A stretch of 60,570 nt of DNA from Clostridiales bacterium (GTDB taxonomy: Bacteria; Bacillota; Clostridia; Lachnospirales; CAMVHY01), in NCBI GenBank assembly GCA_031265515.1, contig JAISCN010000028.1, positions 1 to 60,570 on the forward strand. The letters run 5' to 3'. Every line of letters begins with the position of its first letter. The first letter of the stretch is position 1. Below the pieces are notes generated by a model. It saw only the letters and a program-made list of their open reading frames with translations, did no database searches and had not been told where the DNA came from. This document shows, in pieces, positions 9,624 through 18,451 of the stretch. Both the position numbers and the translations under genes were made by a program.

Positions 9624-10544
9624 TTGATAATCAGCGACAAATTAAAAATTTATTTATTAAATAAAATTAAATCAAAAATTTTGTTTGATGAACCCATGAG
9701 AAATCATACCACTATTAGAGTTGGTGGTTCATGCGCTATGTTCTTTGAGCCAAATATTATAATAGAATTATTAGAAATTATAAAATTTCTTAATGAAAAA
9801 AAAATAAAGTTTTATGTTATAGGAAATGGATCAAATCTATTAGTCGATGACCTAGGTTTTGATGGTGCAATAATAAAAATAAATAAAAATTTTGAAAAAA
9901 ATAATATCGAAATCAAAAATGAGACAATAATTTGTAGTGCAGGTATTTTACTACCTAAGATTTCTAAAATTGCTTATGAAAATAATCTATCAGGTTTTGA
10001 ATTTGCTTGTGGTATACCAGGAACAGTTGGCGGATCTGTATGTATGAACGCCGGAGCTTACGATAGTGAAATGAAAAACGTTGTTTTTTCTTGCGATATT
10101 TTTGATACTAACGATAACGAGATAAAGATTTTTAATAATAAAGAATTAAATTTTGATTACCGAAGTAGCATAATAAGCGAAAAATATATTATCTTATGCG
10201 CTAAGTTTAAATTATTTTTTAAGAATAATAAAGAAGAAATCAAAAAAACAATGACAGATTTTAATAATAAGCGTAAAAATAAACAACCTATTGAATTTCC
10301 AAGTGCTGGCAGTATTTTTAAAAGACCTAAGGGATTTTATGTTGGAAAATTAATTCAAGACGCTGGTTTAGCAGGATTTACTATTGGCGGTGCACAAATA
10401 TCTAAAAAACATTGTGGATTTATGATTAATATAGGCAATGCTACTGCTCAAAATTTTTTAGATTTGATAGAGCTTACTAAGAAAATCATATCAAATAGAT
10501 TTGGCGTGAAATTACAAACAGAAATTAAGTATTTAAAAAAATAA
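9624..10544 (+). CDS. murB: UDP-N-acetylenolpyruvoylglucosamine reductase
   Basis: 306 aa with TTG start after AAGAGGTG. 'TTIRVGG', 'GNGSNLL' (FAD-binding domain) and 'PSAGSIFKRP' are present. Confidence 0.92.
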   Translation: MIISDKLKIYLLNKIKSKILFDEPMRNHTTIRVGGSCAMFFEPNIIIELLEIIKFLNEKKIKFYVIGNGSNLLVDDLGFDGAIIKINKNFEKNNIEIKNETIICSAGILLPKISKIAYENNLSGFEFACGIPGTVGGSVCMNAGAYDSEMKNVVFSCDIFDTNDNEIKIFNNKELNFDYRSSIISEKYIILCAKFKLFFKNNKEEIKKTMTDFNNKRKNKQPIEFPSAGSIFKRPKGFYVGKLIQDAGLAGFTIGGAQISKKHCGFMINIGNATAQNFLDLIELTKKIISNRFGVKLQTEIKYLKK

Positions 10545-10721
10545 TAATTAATTAGATAACAATAGCGCTATTTTATCTGTTTATTTAATAATATAAAAAT
10601 AAATATTTATTATTTTAAATTAAATATTTATTTTTGTTTTTTGTTTTTATCGATAAAAATAATATCTTGAGTTAAAATAAAATTGGTGTTAGTGACTAAA
10701 TCATGGAGATTTTGTTTTTTT

Positions 10722-11675
10722 ATGAGTCATGAGAAACGCTTGATTTTATTAAATTGCAACTCAAATATAAAATTAGCAAATGATATTGCGTTGGCACTAA
10801 ATTTAAATTTAACATCATCAAAAGTTTTGAGATTTAGCGATGGAGAAATAAACGTAGTAATAGAAGAAACAGTACGAGACGCAGATGTTTTTATTATACA
10901 ATCAACAAGTCCGCCAGTTAATGATAATTTAATGGAATTATTAATAATGTCAGACGCAGTAAAACGTGCATCAGCGTCATCAATCAATGCAGTTATTCCG
11001 TATTTTGGTTACGCTAGACAAGATAGAAAAACTCGAGCACGTGATCCAATTAGCGCTAAATTAGTTTCTGATATAATAACGTGCGCAGGAGCAAATAGAA
11101 TTTTGACAATGGACTTACACTGTGAACAAATACAAGGTTTTTTTGATATTCCAGTGGATAATTTATCTGGTGCACCAATTTTTGTAAACTATTTTAAAAA
11201 TAAATTTCAAAAAGATTTTAAAAATATAACGATTGTTTCGCCAGATTTTGGAAGTGTAACTCGAGCAAGATTTTTTGCTAATAAATTAAACATGCCGTTA
11301 GCTATTATTGACAAACGTAGAAGTCGAGCAAATATGTCTGAGATATTAAACGTAATTGGGTGTGTAAAGAATAGAATTATTATAATGTTAGATGACATGA
11401 TTGATACTGCTGGAACTATTACAAATGCTGCAAATGAACTAAAGAGAAGAGGCGCTATTAAAATTTGTGTATGTTGCACTCACGCTTTATTATCAGGAGA
11501 AGCGATCAATAAAATAAATAACTCAGCAATAGACGAATTGGTTGCACTTGACACAATTTTTATTCCTGAGAACAAAAAGTTTTCAAAATTAAAGATTATT
11601 TCTGTGGCGAATATATTTGCTACAGCGATAAAACACGTTCACCAAGGATTATCTGTTTCTGGACTCTTTGGCTAA
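10722..11675 (+). CDS. prs: ribose-phosphate pyrophosphokinase
   Basis: 'YFGYARQDRK', 'DLHCEQIQGFF', 'DDMIDTAGT' (PRPP loop). I place the start at ATG 10722 (MSHEKRLILL..., 317 aa, typical Prs length) rather than the track's TTG at 10683. Confidence 0.9.
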   Translation: MSHEKRLILLNCNSNIKLANDIALALNLNLTSSKVLRFSDGEINVVIEETVRDADVFIIQSTSPPVNDNLMELLIMSDAVKRASASSINAVIPYFGYARQDRKTRARDPISAKLVSDIITCAGANRILTMDLHCEQIQGFFDIPVDNLSGAPIFVNYFKNKFQKDFKNITIVSPDFGSVTRARFFANKLNMPLAIIDKRRSRANMSEILNVIGCVKNRIIIMLDDMIDTAGTITNAANELKRRGAIKICVCCTHALLSGEAINKINNSAIDELVALDTIFIPENKKFSKLKIISVANIFATAIKHVHQGLSVSGLFG

Positions 11676-11847
11676 TATTTTTTAAAAAAGAAAAAAACAC
11701 AAAATTTGTTTAGATAGATATATAAAAGAGATATCTCAAATATTTTTTTTGAGCGATAAAACGCGTTCACCAAGGATTATCTGTTTCTGGACTCTTTGGC
11801 TAATATTTTCTAAAAAAGAAAAAGCACAAAATTTGTTTAGATAGATA
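11625..11847 (+). repeat. tandem duplication of the prs 3' end plus its downstream flank (copy 1 at 11625-11720, copy 2 at 11753-11847)
   Basis: 'gcgataaaacacgttcaccaaggattatctgtttctggactctttggctaatatttt..aaaatttgtttagatagata' recurs 128 nt downstream with only a few substitutions and a 1-nt indel. Copy 2 carries the last ~17 prs codons plus the stop but has no start. Confidence 0.9.
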
Positions 11848-11967
11848 GAAATTCTTCAAACATTTTTTTATTCGTGTAGCAAATAATCTATGTCCGAATA
11901 TTTTTTATTTAGGAGATATGATTTTTTGCTTTAAAAAATTTATTTAATTTGGAGGATTTTATATCTT

Positions 11968-12885
11968 ATGAATAGTTTTGATCTAAATAATTTTAGTTCA
12001 ACCAATAATTTCGAGAGTGCTGTCAACGTTTCGAACGTAGCTTCTTCGGATAATATAAATAGCGAAAGCGTTGTTGAATCTTATCGCAGAGTTGTGAAAG
12101 AGCCCGTTATATCTTTTAAAATTTATGATTGCTGTCGTTCAAAAGATTGTTTAACATCAAAAGAAATAGGACCGGCTCGCACTTCATATAACGCTGATCA
12201 AGCTGGAGAAGTAATTCAGCCGCCAACAAATGCGGCTACCGTTTCTCTAGATCAATTGAAAATTAAAAAAATCATTATATTAAGTAAGACACCAAATAGT
12301 TTTAAAAATGGATATTGGGATATAGATTTAAGATATGTTTTTGGTTATAATTTAATTTTTCGTGATGCCGCAGGTACTCAAATATCATCGCCGATTGCTT
12401 CAAATAGTATATATAATAAAAAGTTAACTTTATTTGGTTCGACCGGAACTGAATTAGTTTTATCTACAGATTTATTTAGCAGTAGCAACCAAGGAACAAA
12501 TATTGTTAATGGATCACCGTTTGTATTAGTAGAAGCTAAATCAATAGCATTAGACGCTCAATTGAAATTTTCTTCAAAAACCTCGAGAGATACTGTTGAT
12601 GCTCCTCTTGAAGCTAATCACGTTGATGTAACTTTAGGATTATTTTCTATAATAAAATTATATCGATTAGTAGATTTAGAAGTTCAATCAACTGGTTTCG
12701 TAATTCCTAGAAAATGTCCTGCTAACCCATCGTATAAACCATGCGAATTTTTTGAAAAATTAAATTTTCCAATGGATATTTTTGCACCGCCACAAAAAAA
12801 AGAATTTAATTCGCAAATTTCTGGAAGTATAAAATCGAATTTAGATGCAACGTCAGCTTTAAATGATGATTGTGGTTGTAATTAA
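11968..12885 (+). CDS. hypothetical protein with Cys motifs; not recognised
   Basis: 305 aa. Strong RBS (GGAGGA, 11 nt before the ATG) and a downstream terminator. S/T/N/A/V-rich and K-poor. 'YDCCRSKDCL', 'KCPANPSYKPCEFF', C-terminal 'DDCGCN'. No signal peptide or TM segment. Confidence 0.7.
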   Translation: MNSFDLNNFSSTNNFESAVNVSNVASSDNINSESVVESYRRVVKEPVISFKIYDCCRSKDCLTSKEIGPARTSYNADQAGEVIQPPTNAATVSLDQLKIKKIIILSKTPNSFKNGYWDIDLRYVFGYNLIFRDAAGTQISSPIASNSIYNKKLTLFGSTGTELVLSTDLFSSSNQGTNIVNGSPFVLVEAKSIALDAQLKFSSKTSRDTVDAPLEANHVDVTLGLFSIIKLYRLVDLEVQSTGFVIPRKCPANPSYKPCEFFEKLNFPMDIFAPPQKKEFNSQISGSIKSNLDATSALNDDCGCN

Positions 12886-12913
12886 TAAGGCATAAAAAAA
12901 AATTTTTTGATAA

Positions 12914-12950
12914 AAATATCGCTGAGAGAAAAATCGAGGCGATATTTTTT
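12914..12950 (+). terminator. rho-independent terminator after 11968-12885
   Basis: Stem aaatatcgc (12914-12922) pairs with gcgatattt (12939-12947). A T-run follows. Confidence 0.5.
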
Positions 12951-13703
12951 GTCATGTCATAGAAAAAAATCTTGTTCACAAAATAAAATTTTAAGTTACG
13001 ACAAAACTTCTGTATTGAATCAAGAACAAAATTATAATTCAAATACATGTAATGAATGTGTTTATTCTTTATCTGGAGAATGTAGAATTAACAATTCAAA
13101 AATTACTTAAATAATTTAATTTTAAATGCAAGCAGTGCAAAATACATTTTTAAGATTTTCAGAAAAATTAGGACTTTATTCTTCAAGGTTAACGAATTAT
13201 TTAGAAATGTTGAGAAAAGCTATAATCTTGGCTGAAGAATACTTGACAGGAGTTAATAAATTTATTCAAATACATGCTTAATCCATAAATAAAAAATAAA
13301 AATGATTTATTTTGTTGTTAACGAATCATGTTAACGACATTTAAGATGTTTGATATTTAACGTGTAGTTTTTAAAAAAATGGTATTATAGTTTTTGTAGA
13401 TAGATTTAATGTCAGATAAATTTTTAACAATAAACGTATTAAATTAGTATTTTTTTGTATTTATATAAAGCCTTAAATTTACAGAAGATTTGTTGTAAAT
13501 AAATATTGTTTGTGTATATTAAAAGTTTTTATACTTGTGTTATGCTTGTTAATCTATATGTTATTGATAAAATTGTTCGTAAAAGATGAGAAAAGAATAA
13601 AGAAAGACATTAAAATGATTTAGCAAAAATTCAGACAATATCAAAGAAGTATTGCGATGTAAACTTTAAATTACAATTCATATTTTTTTACTTTTGGAGA
13701 AGT

Positions 13704-16244
13704 ATGAGTAGCAAAAATAAAACTATAAAAAAACTTTCTCGAAATGAGATTTTAAAATTAATAAAAAGAAAAAAAAAAATAAAAATATTTTTTTGGGGTT
13801 TATTTTTATTTTTTTTATTAACGTTATTGTGTTTGGTTCTGGGAATTTATAATGTCATTGGTGAATTTTATGATATAAAAAATATTAATTTACTTCCGAG
13901 TTCTTATAGTACTATAATCTATGAAAATAAAAATAATACAGAGATAGACAGATTAAATGGCGATGAGAATCGTGAATATATTACACTAGATAAAATTCCT
14001 ATTAATTTACAAAGAGCATTCATATCAATCGAGGACGAAAGATTTTATCAACACAATGGTATTGACTTGAAAGCGTTACTTCGTGCTGTTATAACAAAAA
14101 TTTTTAAGAAAAAAACCCAAGGTGCTAGCACGATAACTCAGCAAGTAATCAAAAATAACGTAACCAAAGTTTCTAAAAACAATATAAAAACTAAAATACA
14201 AGAACAATATTTAGCAATAAGACTAGAACAAGAATTGTCAGAAGAATTTAAAATTAAAAAAATATCAAAAGATTATATTCTGGAGATTTATTTAAATTCT
14301 ATTTATTTATATCATAATTTAAACGGTGTAAAAACAGCAGCCAATTTTTATTTTGACAAGAACGTCAGTGATTTAACGCTTGACGAATGTGCAGTTATAG
14401 CAGCGATAACAAAATCACCAACTTACTATGCACCTGATAAAAATCCTGAAAACAATAAAATCAGACGCAATTTGATTTTAAATAAGATGTATGAACTAAA
14501 TTATATAAATCAAGAAGAATTAGATAAAGCTCTAAACGAAGATAGTTATAAAAAAATCAAGAATTCTAAAAATGTAAATGCCGAAAAGTCTTATCATAGT
14601 TATTTCGTTGACAGGGTTATAAAAGATGTCGTGAATGATTTTGAAAAAAAATTAAAATATTCTCACAAAGATGCTATGAACTTAATATACAATGGCGGCT
14701 TAAAAATATACACGACGATAGATTTGGATATTCAAAAAATTTTGGATAAAAATTTTTGCAACGAAAAGTTCTTTCCCAAAAGTGATTTTGAGTTAGATAT
14801 ACAATATTTATTAACCGTAGAAAACAAAGATGGAGAAATTGAAAATCTTGAAAAAAATAAAGTTACAAAAAACGAAAAAGAAACCACGGATTTTATTAAT
14901 GACATAAAAAAAGAAATATCAAAAGATAATTATAAAATTCTATCAGAGAGAGTTATAAAAATAATCCAACCTCAAGCTGCAATGATTATAATTGATTATC
15001 ATAATGGTGAAGTTAAAGCTGTATATGGAAGCAGAGGAAAAAAAATAACAGACAGAGCTTTAAATCGCGCCACAGATTGTGAAAGACAACCCGGTTCAGT
15101 TTTTAAAATTTTGGCTTCTTACGCTCCGTCTATTGATTTAAAGAAAACAACAACATCTTCTATAATAATTGATGAACCCTATAAAACACCAGATGGTTAT
15201 GAACCAAAAAATTATTATAAAAACTATCGCGGACCATCTACGATACGAGATGGTATTCGTGATTCTATGAACATACTTGCAGTTAAGAATATGATTTCGA
15301 CTGGTGTTAATAGTTGCTTTAATTACTTACTTAAATTTGGTTTTACTACTCTCGTAGAAAGAAAAAAAGTTAATAATGTGATTTATTCAGATATTGTTGC
15401 TTCAACAGCACTCGGAGGTATCACACGCGGTGTAACTCAACTTGAATTAACAGCAGCATACGGCACTATAGCAAATCTTGGTATTTATAAAAAACCTATT
15501 TTTTATACTAAAGTTTTAGATCGAAAAAGCAACGTCTTATTAGAAAATAAAATCATTAATAAAAAAGTTTTATCTGCACAAACGAGTTATATATTAACAG
15601 ATTTGATGCAAGACGTAATAAAAAATGGCACAGGAAGAAAAGTAAAATTTGTTAATTCTAAGATTTCTATTGCTGGCAAAACTGGAACTACTAGCGATAC
15701 TAAAGATCTAAATTTTGTAGGATATACACCATATTATGTTGCAAGTATTTGGTTTGGTTTTGATCATCCTAAAAAGATGTATGCAAGTAATGGTTATCAT
15801 TTAATATTGTGGAGAGATACTATGGAGAAAATTCATTCTAATTTATTAATAAAAGATTTTGAAAAGCCAAATGGTTTAAAACAAATAAAAATTTGTAAAG
15901 AAACAGGCAAAATTGCTAGTGATTATTGCGATAGAGTAAGCAACGAGTATTTTATTTTTGGAACAGAACCAATAGAAATATGTGATGCCCACGAAAGTCA
16001 AAGTAAAAAAGAAAAAAACAATGAAAATATAGAAAAAAATAATAGTGATAAGCAAAATGCTAATCAAGATAATAATCAAGAAGAAGATGAAATAAAAGAT
16101 TTAGATTTAAATAAAAAATCAGACGAAGAAACAGCAAACGATAAAGATACAGAAGTTATTAACGATGATAGTCAAAATCAAAATCAAAAAAATAGTGATG
16201 ATAATTTCAATTCTAAAGAAAATATTAGTGTAAATAATAATTAA
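13704..16244 (+). CDS. class A penicillin-binding protein (PBP1A-type glycosyltransferase/transpeptidase) with a low-complexity N/D/Q/E tail
   Basis: 846 aa with an N-terminal TM segment. GT51 motifs 'EDERFYQHNGID', 'GASTITQQ'. Transpeptidase 'GSVFK' (SxxK) and 'KTGTT'. Confidence 0.92.
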   Translation: MSSKNKTIKKLSRNEILKLIKRKKKIKIFFWGLFLFFLLTLLCLVLGIYNVIGEFYDIKNINLLPSSYSTIIYENKNNTEIDRLNGDENREYITLDKIPINLQRAFISIEDERFYQHNGIDLKALLRAVITKIFKKKTQGASTITQQVIKNNVTKVSKNNIKTKIQEQYLAIRLEQELSEEFKIKKISKDYILEIYLNSIYLYHNLNGVKTAANFYFDKNVSDLTLDECAVIAAITKSPTYYAPDKNPENNKIRRNLILNKMYELNYINQEELDKALNEDSYKKIKNSKNVNAEKSYHSYFVDRVIKDVVNDFEKKLKYSHKDAMNLIYNGGLKIYTTIDLDIQKILDKNFCNEKFFPKSDFELDIQYLLTVENKDGEIENLEKNKVTKNEKETTDFINDIKKEISKDNYKILSERVIKIIQPQAAMIIIDYHNGEVKAVYGSRGKKITDRALNRATDCERQPGSVFKILASYAPSIDLKKTTTSSIIIDEPYKTPDGYEPKNYYKNYRGPSTIRDGIRDSMNILAVKNMISTGVNSCFNYLLKFGFTTLVERKKVNNVIYSDIVASTALGGITRGVTQLELTAAYGTIANLGIYKKPIFYTKVLDRKSNVLLENKIINKKVLSAQTSYILTDLMQDVIKNGTGRKVKFVNSKISIAGKTGTTSDTKDLNFVGYTPYYVASIWFGFDHPKKMYASNGYHLILWRDTMEKIHSNLLIKDFEKPNGLKQIKICKETGKIASDYCDRVSNEYFIFGTEPIEICDAHESQSKKEKNNENIEKNNSDKQNANQDNNQEEDEIKDLDLNKKSDEETANDKDTEVINDDSQNQNQKNSDDNFNSKENISVNNN

Positions 16245-16297
16245 AAAAAATAATGTGATGTTTTTTAGATTTAGATCAAAGTTTTAAAAAAAATCAT

Positions 16298-17551
16298 CTA
16301 ATTTTTAGTTTTACATTTATAAGATTTTCTAAAACATTTATTGTGAACAATAAAAGCAGTTATTGCGCACAAAAATAAAAAAAGAAAACTTGCGCCTGTA
16401 ATTAATGCTGTAAAATTTAGATAGTTAATACTATATTTTAATTTTTCAATTGTTGCTAAAATTATTATAGTGCTTCCTCCGATCACAGTTGCTAAAGATG
16501 ATAAAAGTATTATTACTTTATCTTTTCTTGATATTTTTCTTTGCTCTTTTAATGTTCTCGTTTCTAATTTTGTTTTTGAATTTGTAATTTCCGTATGTAG
16601 AAATGCTGATTCTGATGTTCTGTCTTCAATATCTTTTTCCGAGTTTCTTTCCTCATATATAACTTCTTCATTCTCTATATTAAGATTTTCTGATTCGTTT
16701 AATCTGGATATCCTAGTACTATCAACTAGCATTTTTCGATTTAACAATTTAAATATTTTAAATAATCTTTGTAATTGAGTTTCTGTACGTTTAACAGGAC
16801 TTACTGTTAAGAATCCTTCTGGATCTTGTATATTAAAAAGTAAACTTTCCATTTCGAGATCTAATGTCAGAACATTAATTTGCAAAGGAGATAATAGCTC
16901 TACTATATTTGTAAATATATCCTCGTTATCTTCGATTTCATCAAATAATGTTTGGAATAAAGAACACGTATCTTGAATACTCAATGTACAAAAACTAAGG
17001 TTAGCTAACAGATAAGGTCTGCTGTAATCGCGATTAGATATAACGAAAATTTCTTTAAACTTATCTGCATTAAAATTTATTTCTGTTCTTGCTAAATATG
17101 TTTTAATTGAACTTAACTTATCGGACTCACATAAACTATAAAAATTAGTTAAACTATAAAAATCAGTAAATACATCCACGCATGATTTAAACAATGTATA
17201 TCGACGATCAAAATCACCATCGTTTCTCATAAAGCTTGCATCGTAAGCCATTCTATAAAGAATTATAGAAGCATTTGCAACGCCGTATAAAACTAAAGTA
17301 AGAAAAATTAATATAGACTCGTTCGTTATTCCAACATTATTTATGAGATTACTTTTAATTAGTTCTTTACATGGTAACCTGAATTCGATTCCGGATTCGT
17401 TTTGCCTGCCAAATAAATTTATTATAGTATCAAGTTCAGGATTGGATTCTAATTTCGATTGTTGCAAAACAAAATTAGCTATATCTACGACATTATCACT
17501 TAAAAAAACGTTTATTAATCTCTGATGAATAATTAGGATATCGCCTTCCAT
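16298..17551 (-). CDS. orphan protein with a C-terminal bilobed hydrophobic hairpin anchor (family member, motif class A)
   Basis: 417 aa, no signal peptide. Cys/Phe/Asp-rich globular N-domain, then an acidic/Ser linker. Anchor 'VIILLSSLATVIGGSTIIILATIEKLKYSINYLNFTALITGASFLFLFLCAITAFIV' (nt ~16346-16519). Basic tail 'HNKCFRKSYKCKTKN'. Confidence 0.75.
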   Translation of the reverse strand: MEGDILIIHQRLINVFLSDNVVDIANFVLQQSKLESNPELDTIINLFGRQNESGIEFRLPCKELIKSNLINNVGITNESILIFLTLVLYGVANASIILYRMAYDASFMRNDGDFDRRYTLFKSCVDVFTDFYSLTNFYSLCESDKLSSIKTYLARTEINFNADKFKEIFVISNRDYSRPYLLANLSFCTLSIQDTCSLFQTLFDEIEDNEDIFTNIVELLSPLQINVLTLDLEMESLLFNIQDPEGFLTVSPVKRTETQLQRLFKIFKLLNRKMLVDSTRISRLNESENLNIENEEVIYEERNSEKDIEDRTSESAFLHTEITNSKTKLETRTLKEQRKISRKDKVIILLSSLATVIGGSTIIILATIEKLKYSINYLNFTALITGASFLFLFLCAITAFIVHNKCFRKSYKCKTKN

Positions 17552-17799
17552 ATCTTTTATACCATCATAAATTATGTAATTAGCATAAATATTAGCATAA
17601 ATAAAACGTTGATAACTAATAAATCTATTTGCTGCTGTTATTTTTTAGAGTACACGCGAAACAAATTATTTTTATATGCAATTATAAAAAAACAAAAATT
17701 CACAAAATCAAGTCTATTATTTAATTTTTTTTGTGGCAAAGTCACCACAGATGAGTATCTTATATCATAAATTATTTTTTTAAGCAGGAGCTTAATTTT

Positions 17800-18384
17800 G
17801 TGACTTATTTAAGATTTTTTCATGCTTCGATAAATTGCCCGAAAATAGATTTTTATATTAATAAAATATTAATAGAAAAAAACTATGATTATAAACAAAT
17901 GAGTGAATATTTTTCCGGTCATTCTGGAATTTATAATCTAGAAATAAAATCCTCTAATGATAATAAAGTTTTATTAAACAAAGAAATTAATCTAAAAGAA
18001 AATTATATATATACAGCCGCTGTTACGGGATTACTAAAAAATATTGATATAAAATTAATTCAAGATAATATAAATAAAATTAATAGCGACAATAAAAATT
18101 CAGAAATTAGATTTATAAATCTATCACCGAGTTTAAATTCTGCTGAAATAAATTTAAACGGAAATGACATAGCAAAAATTAATTTTAATAATCAAAGTGA
18201 TTATTTTAGGATCAAGCCTGAAAAACACTCTTTGTCACTAAAAGAAAAAGAAGCGATTTTGAAAAATAAAAATATAAATTTAGACGGTGGAAAAACTTAC
18301 TCTAGTTATGTTTTAGGTGTAAATAATTTAACAAATTCTCTAGATATAGTTACACATCTAGAAGGAAAAACCTTCTTAGCATAA
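17800..18384 (+). CDS. DUF4397-domain protein
   Basis: 194 aa with GTG start after AGGAG. 'LRFFHASINCPKIDFYIN' and the second repeat 'IRFINLSPSLNSAEINLNG' resemble the (V/I)RFxHxSPxxPxVD repeat of DUF4397. Confidence 0.6.
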   Translation: MTYLRFFHASINCPKIDFYINKILIEKNYDYKQMSEYFSGHSGIYNLEIKSSNDNKVLLNKEINLKENYIYTAAVTGLLKNIDIKLIQDNINKINSDNKNSEIRFINLSPSLNSAEINLNGNDIAKINFNNQSDYFRIKPEKHSLSLKEKEAILKNKNINLDGGKTYSSYVLGVNNLTNSLDIVTHLEGKTFLA

Positions 18385-18400
18385 TAAATAATTAAAACAA

Positions 18401-18440
18401 AAAAACTTAACAGATCATAAATCTTTTAAGTTTTTATTTT
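18401..18440. terminator. hairpin between convergent genes; possible bidirectional terminator
   Basis: aaaaacttaa (18401-18410) pairs with ttaagttttt (18426-18435). The stem is flanked by A-runs and T-runs. Confidence 0.45.
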
Positions 18441-18451
18441 TTATTACTATT

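Noticed and set aside
12907-13110. 67-aa plus-strand ORF after gene 11968-12885.
   Set aside because: It has a TTG start without an SD. Its first 15 codons are the stem-loop and T-run of the predicted terminator at 12914-12950. The sequence is basic and low-complexity. It is probably not coding.
13126-13281. Hand-found 51-aa ORF (MQAVQNTFLRFSEKLGLYSSRLTNYLEMLRKAIILAEEYLTGVNKFIQIHA). It is slightly GC-richer than its flanks. It contains a 13/15 match to the CodY box AATTTTCWGAAAATT at 13154-13168.
   Set aside because: There is no SD and nothing to test conservation against. A single near-consensus CodY box in AT-rich DNA is expected by chance. It is left unannotated but may be worth checking in RNA-seq or Ribo-seq data.
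17700-17760. Hairpin tgtgg-caaagtca-ccaca upstream of the DUF4397 gene, considered as a terminator.
   Set aside because: On the plus strand the T-run precedes the stem rather than following it. On the minus strand an A-run follows the stem. Neither orientation fits an intrinsic terminator.
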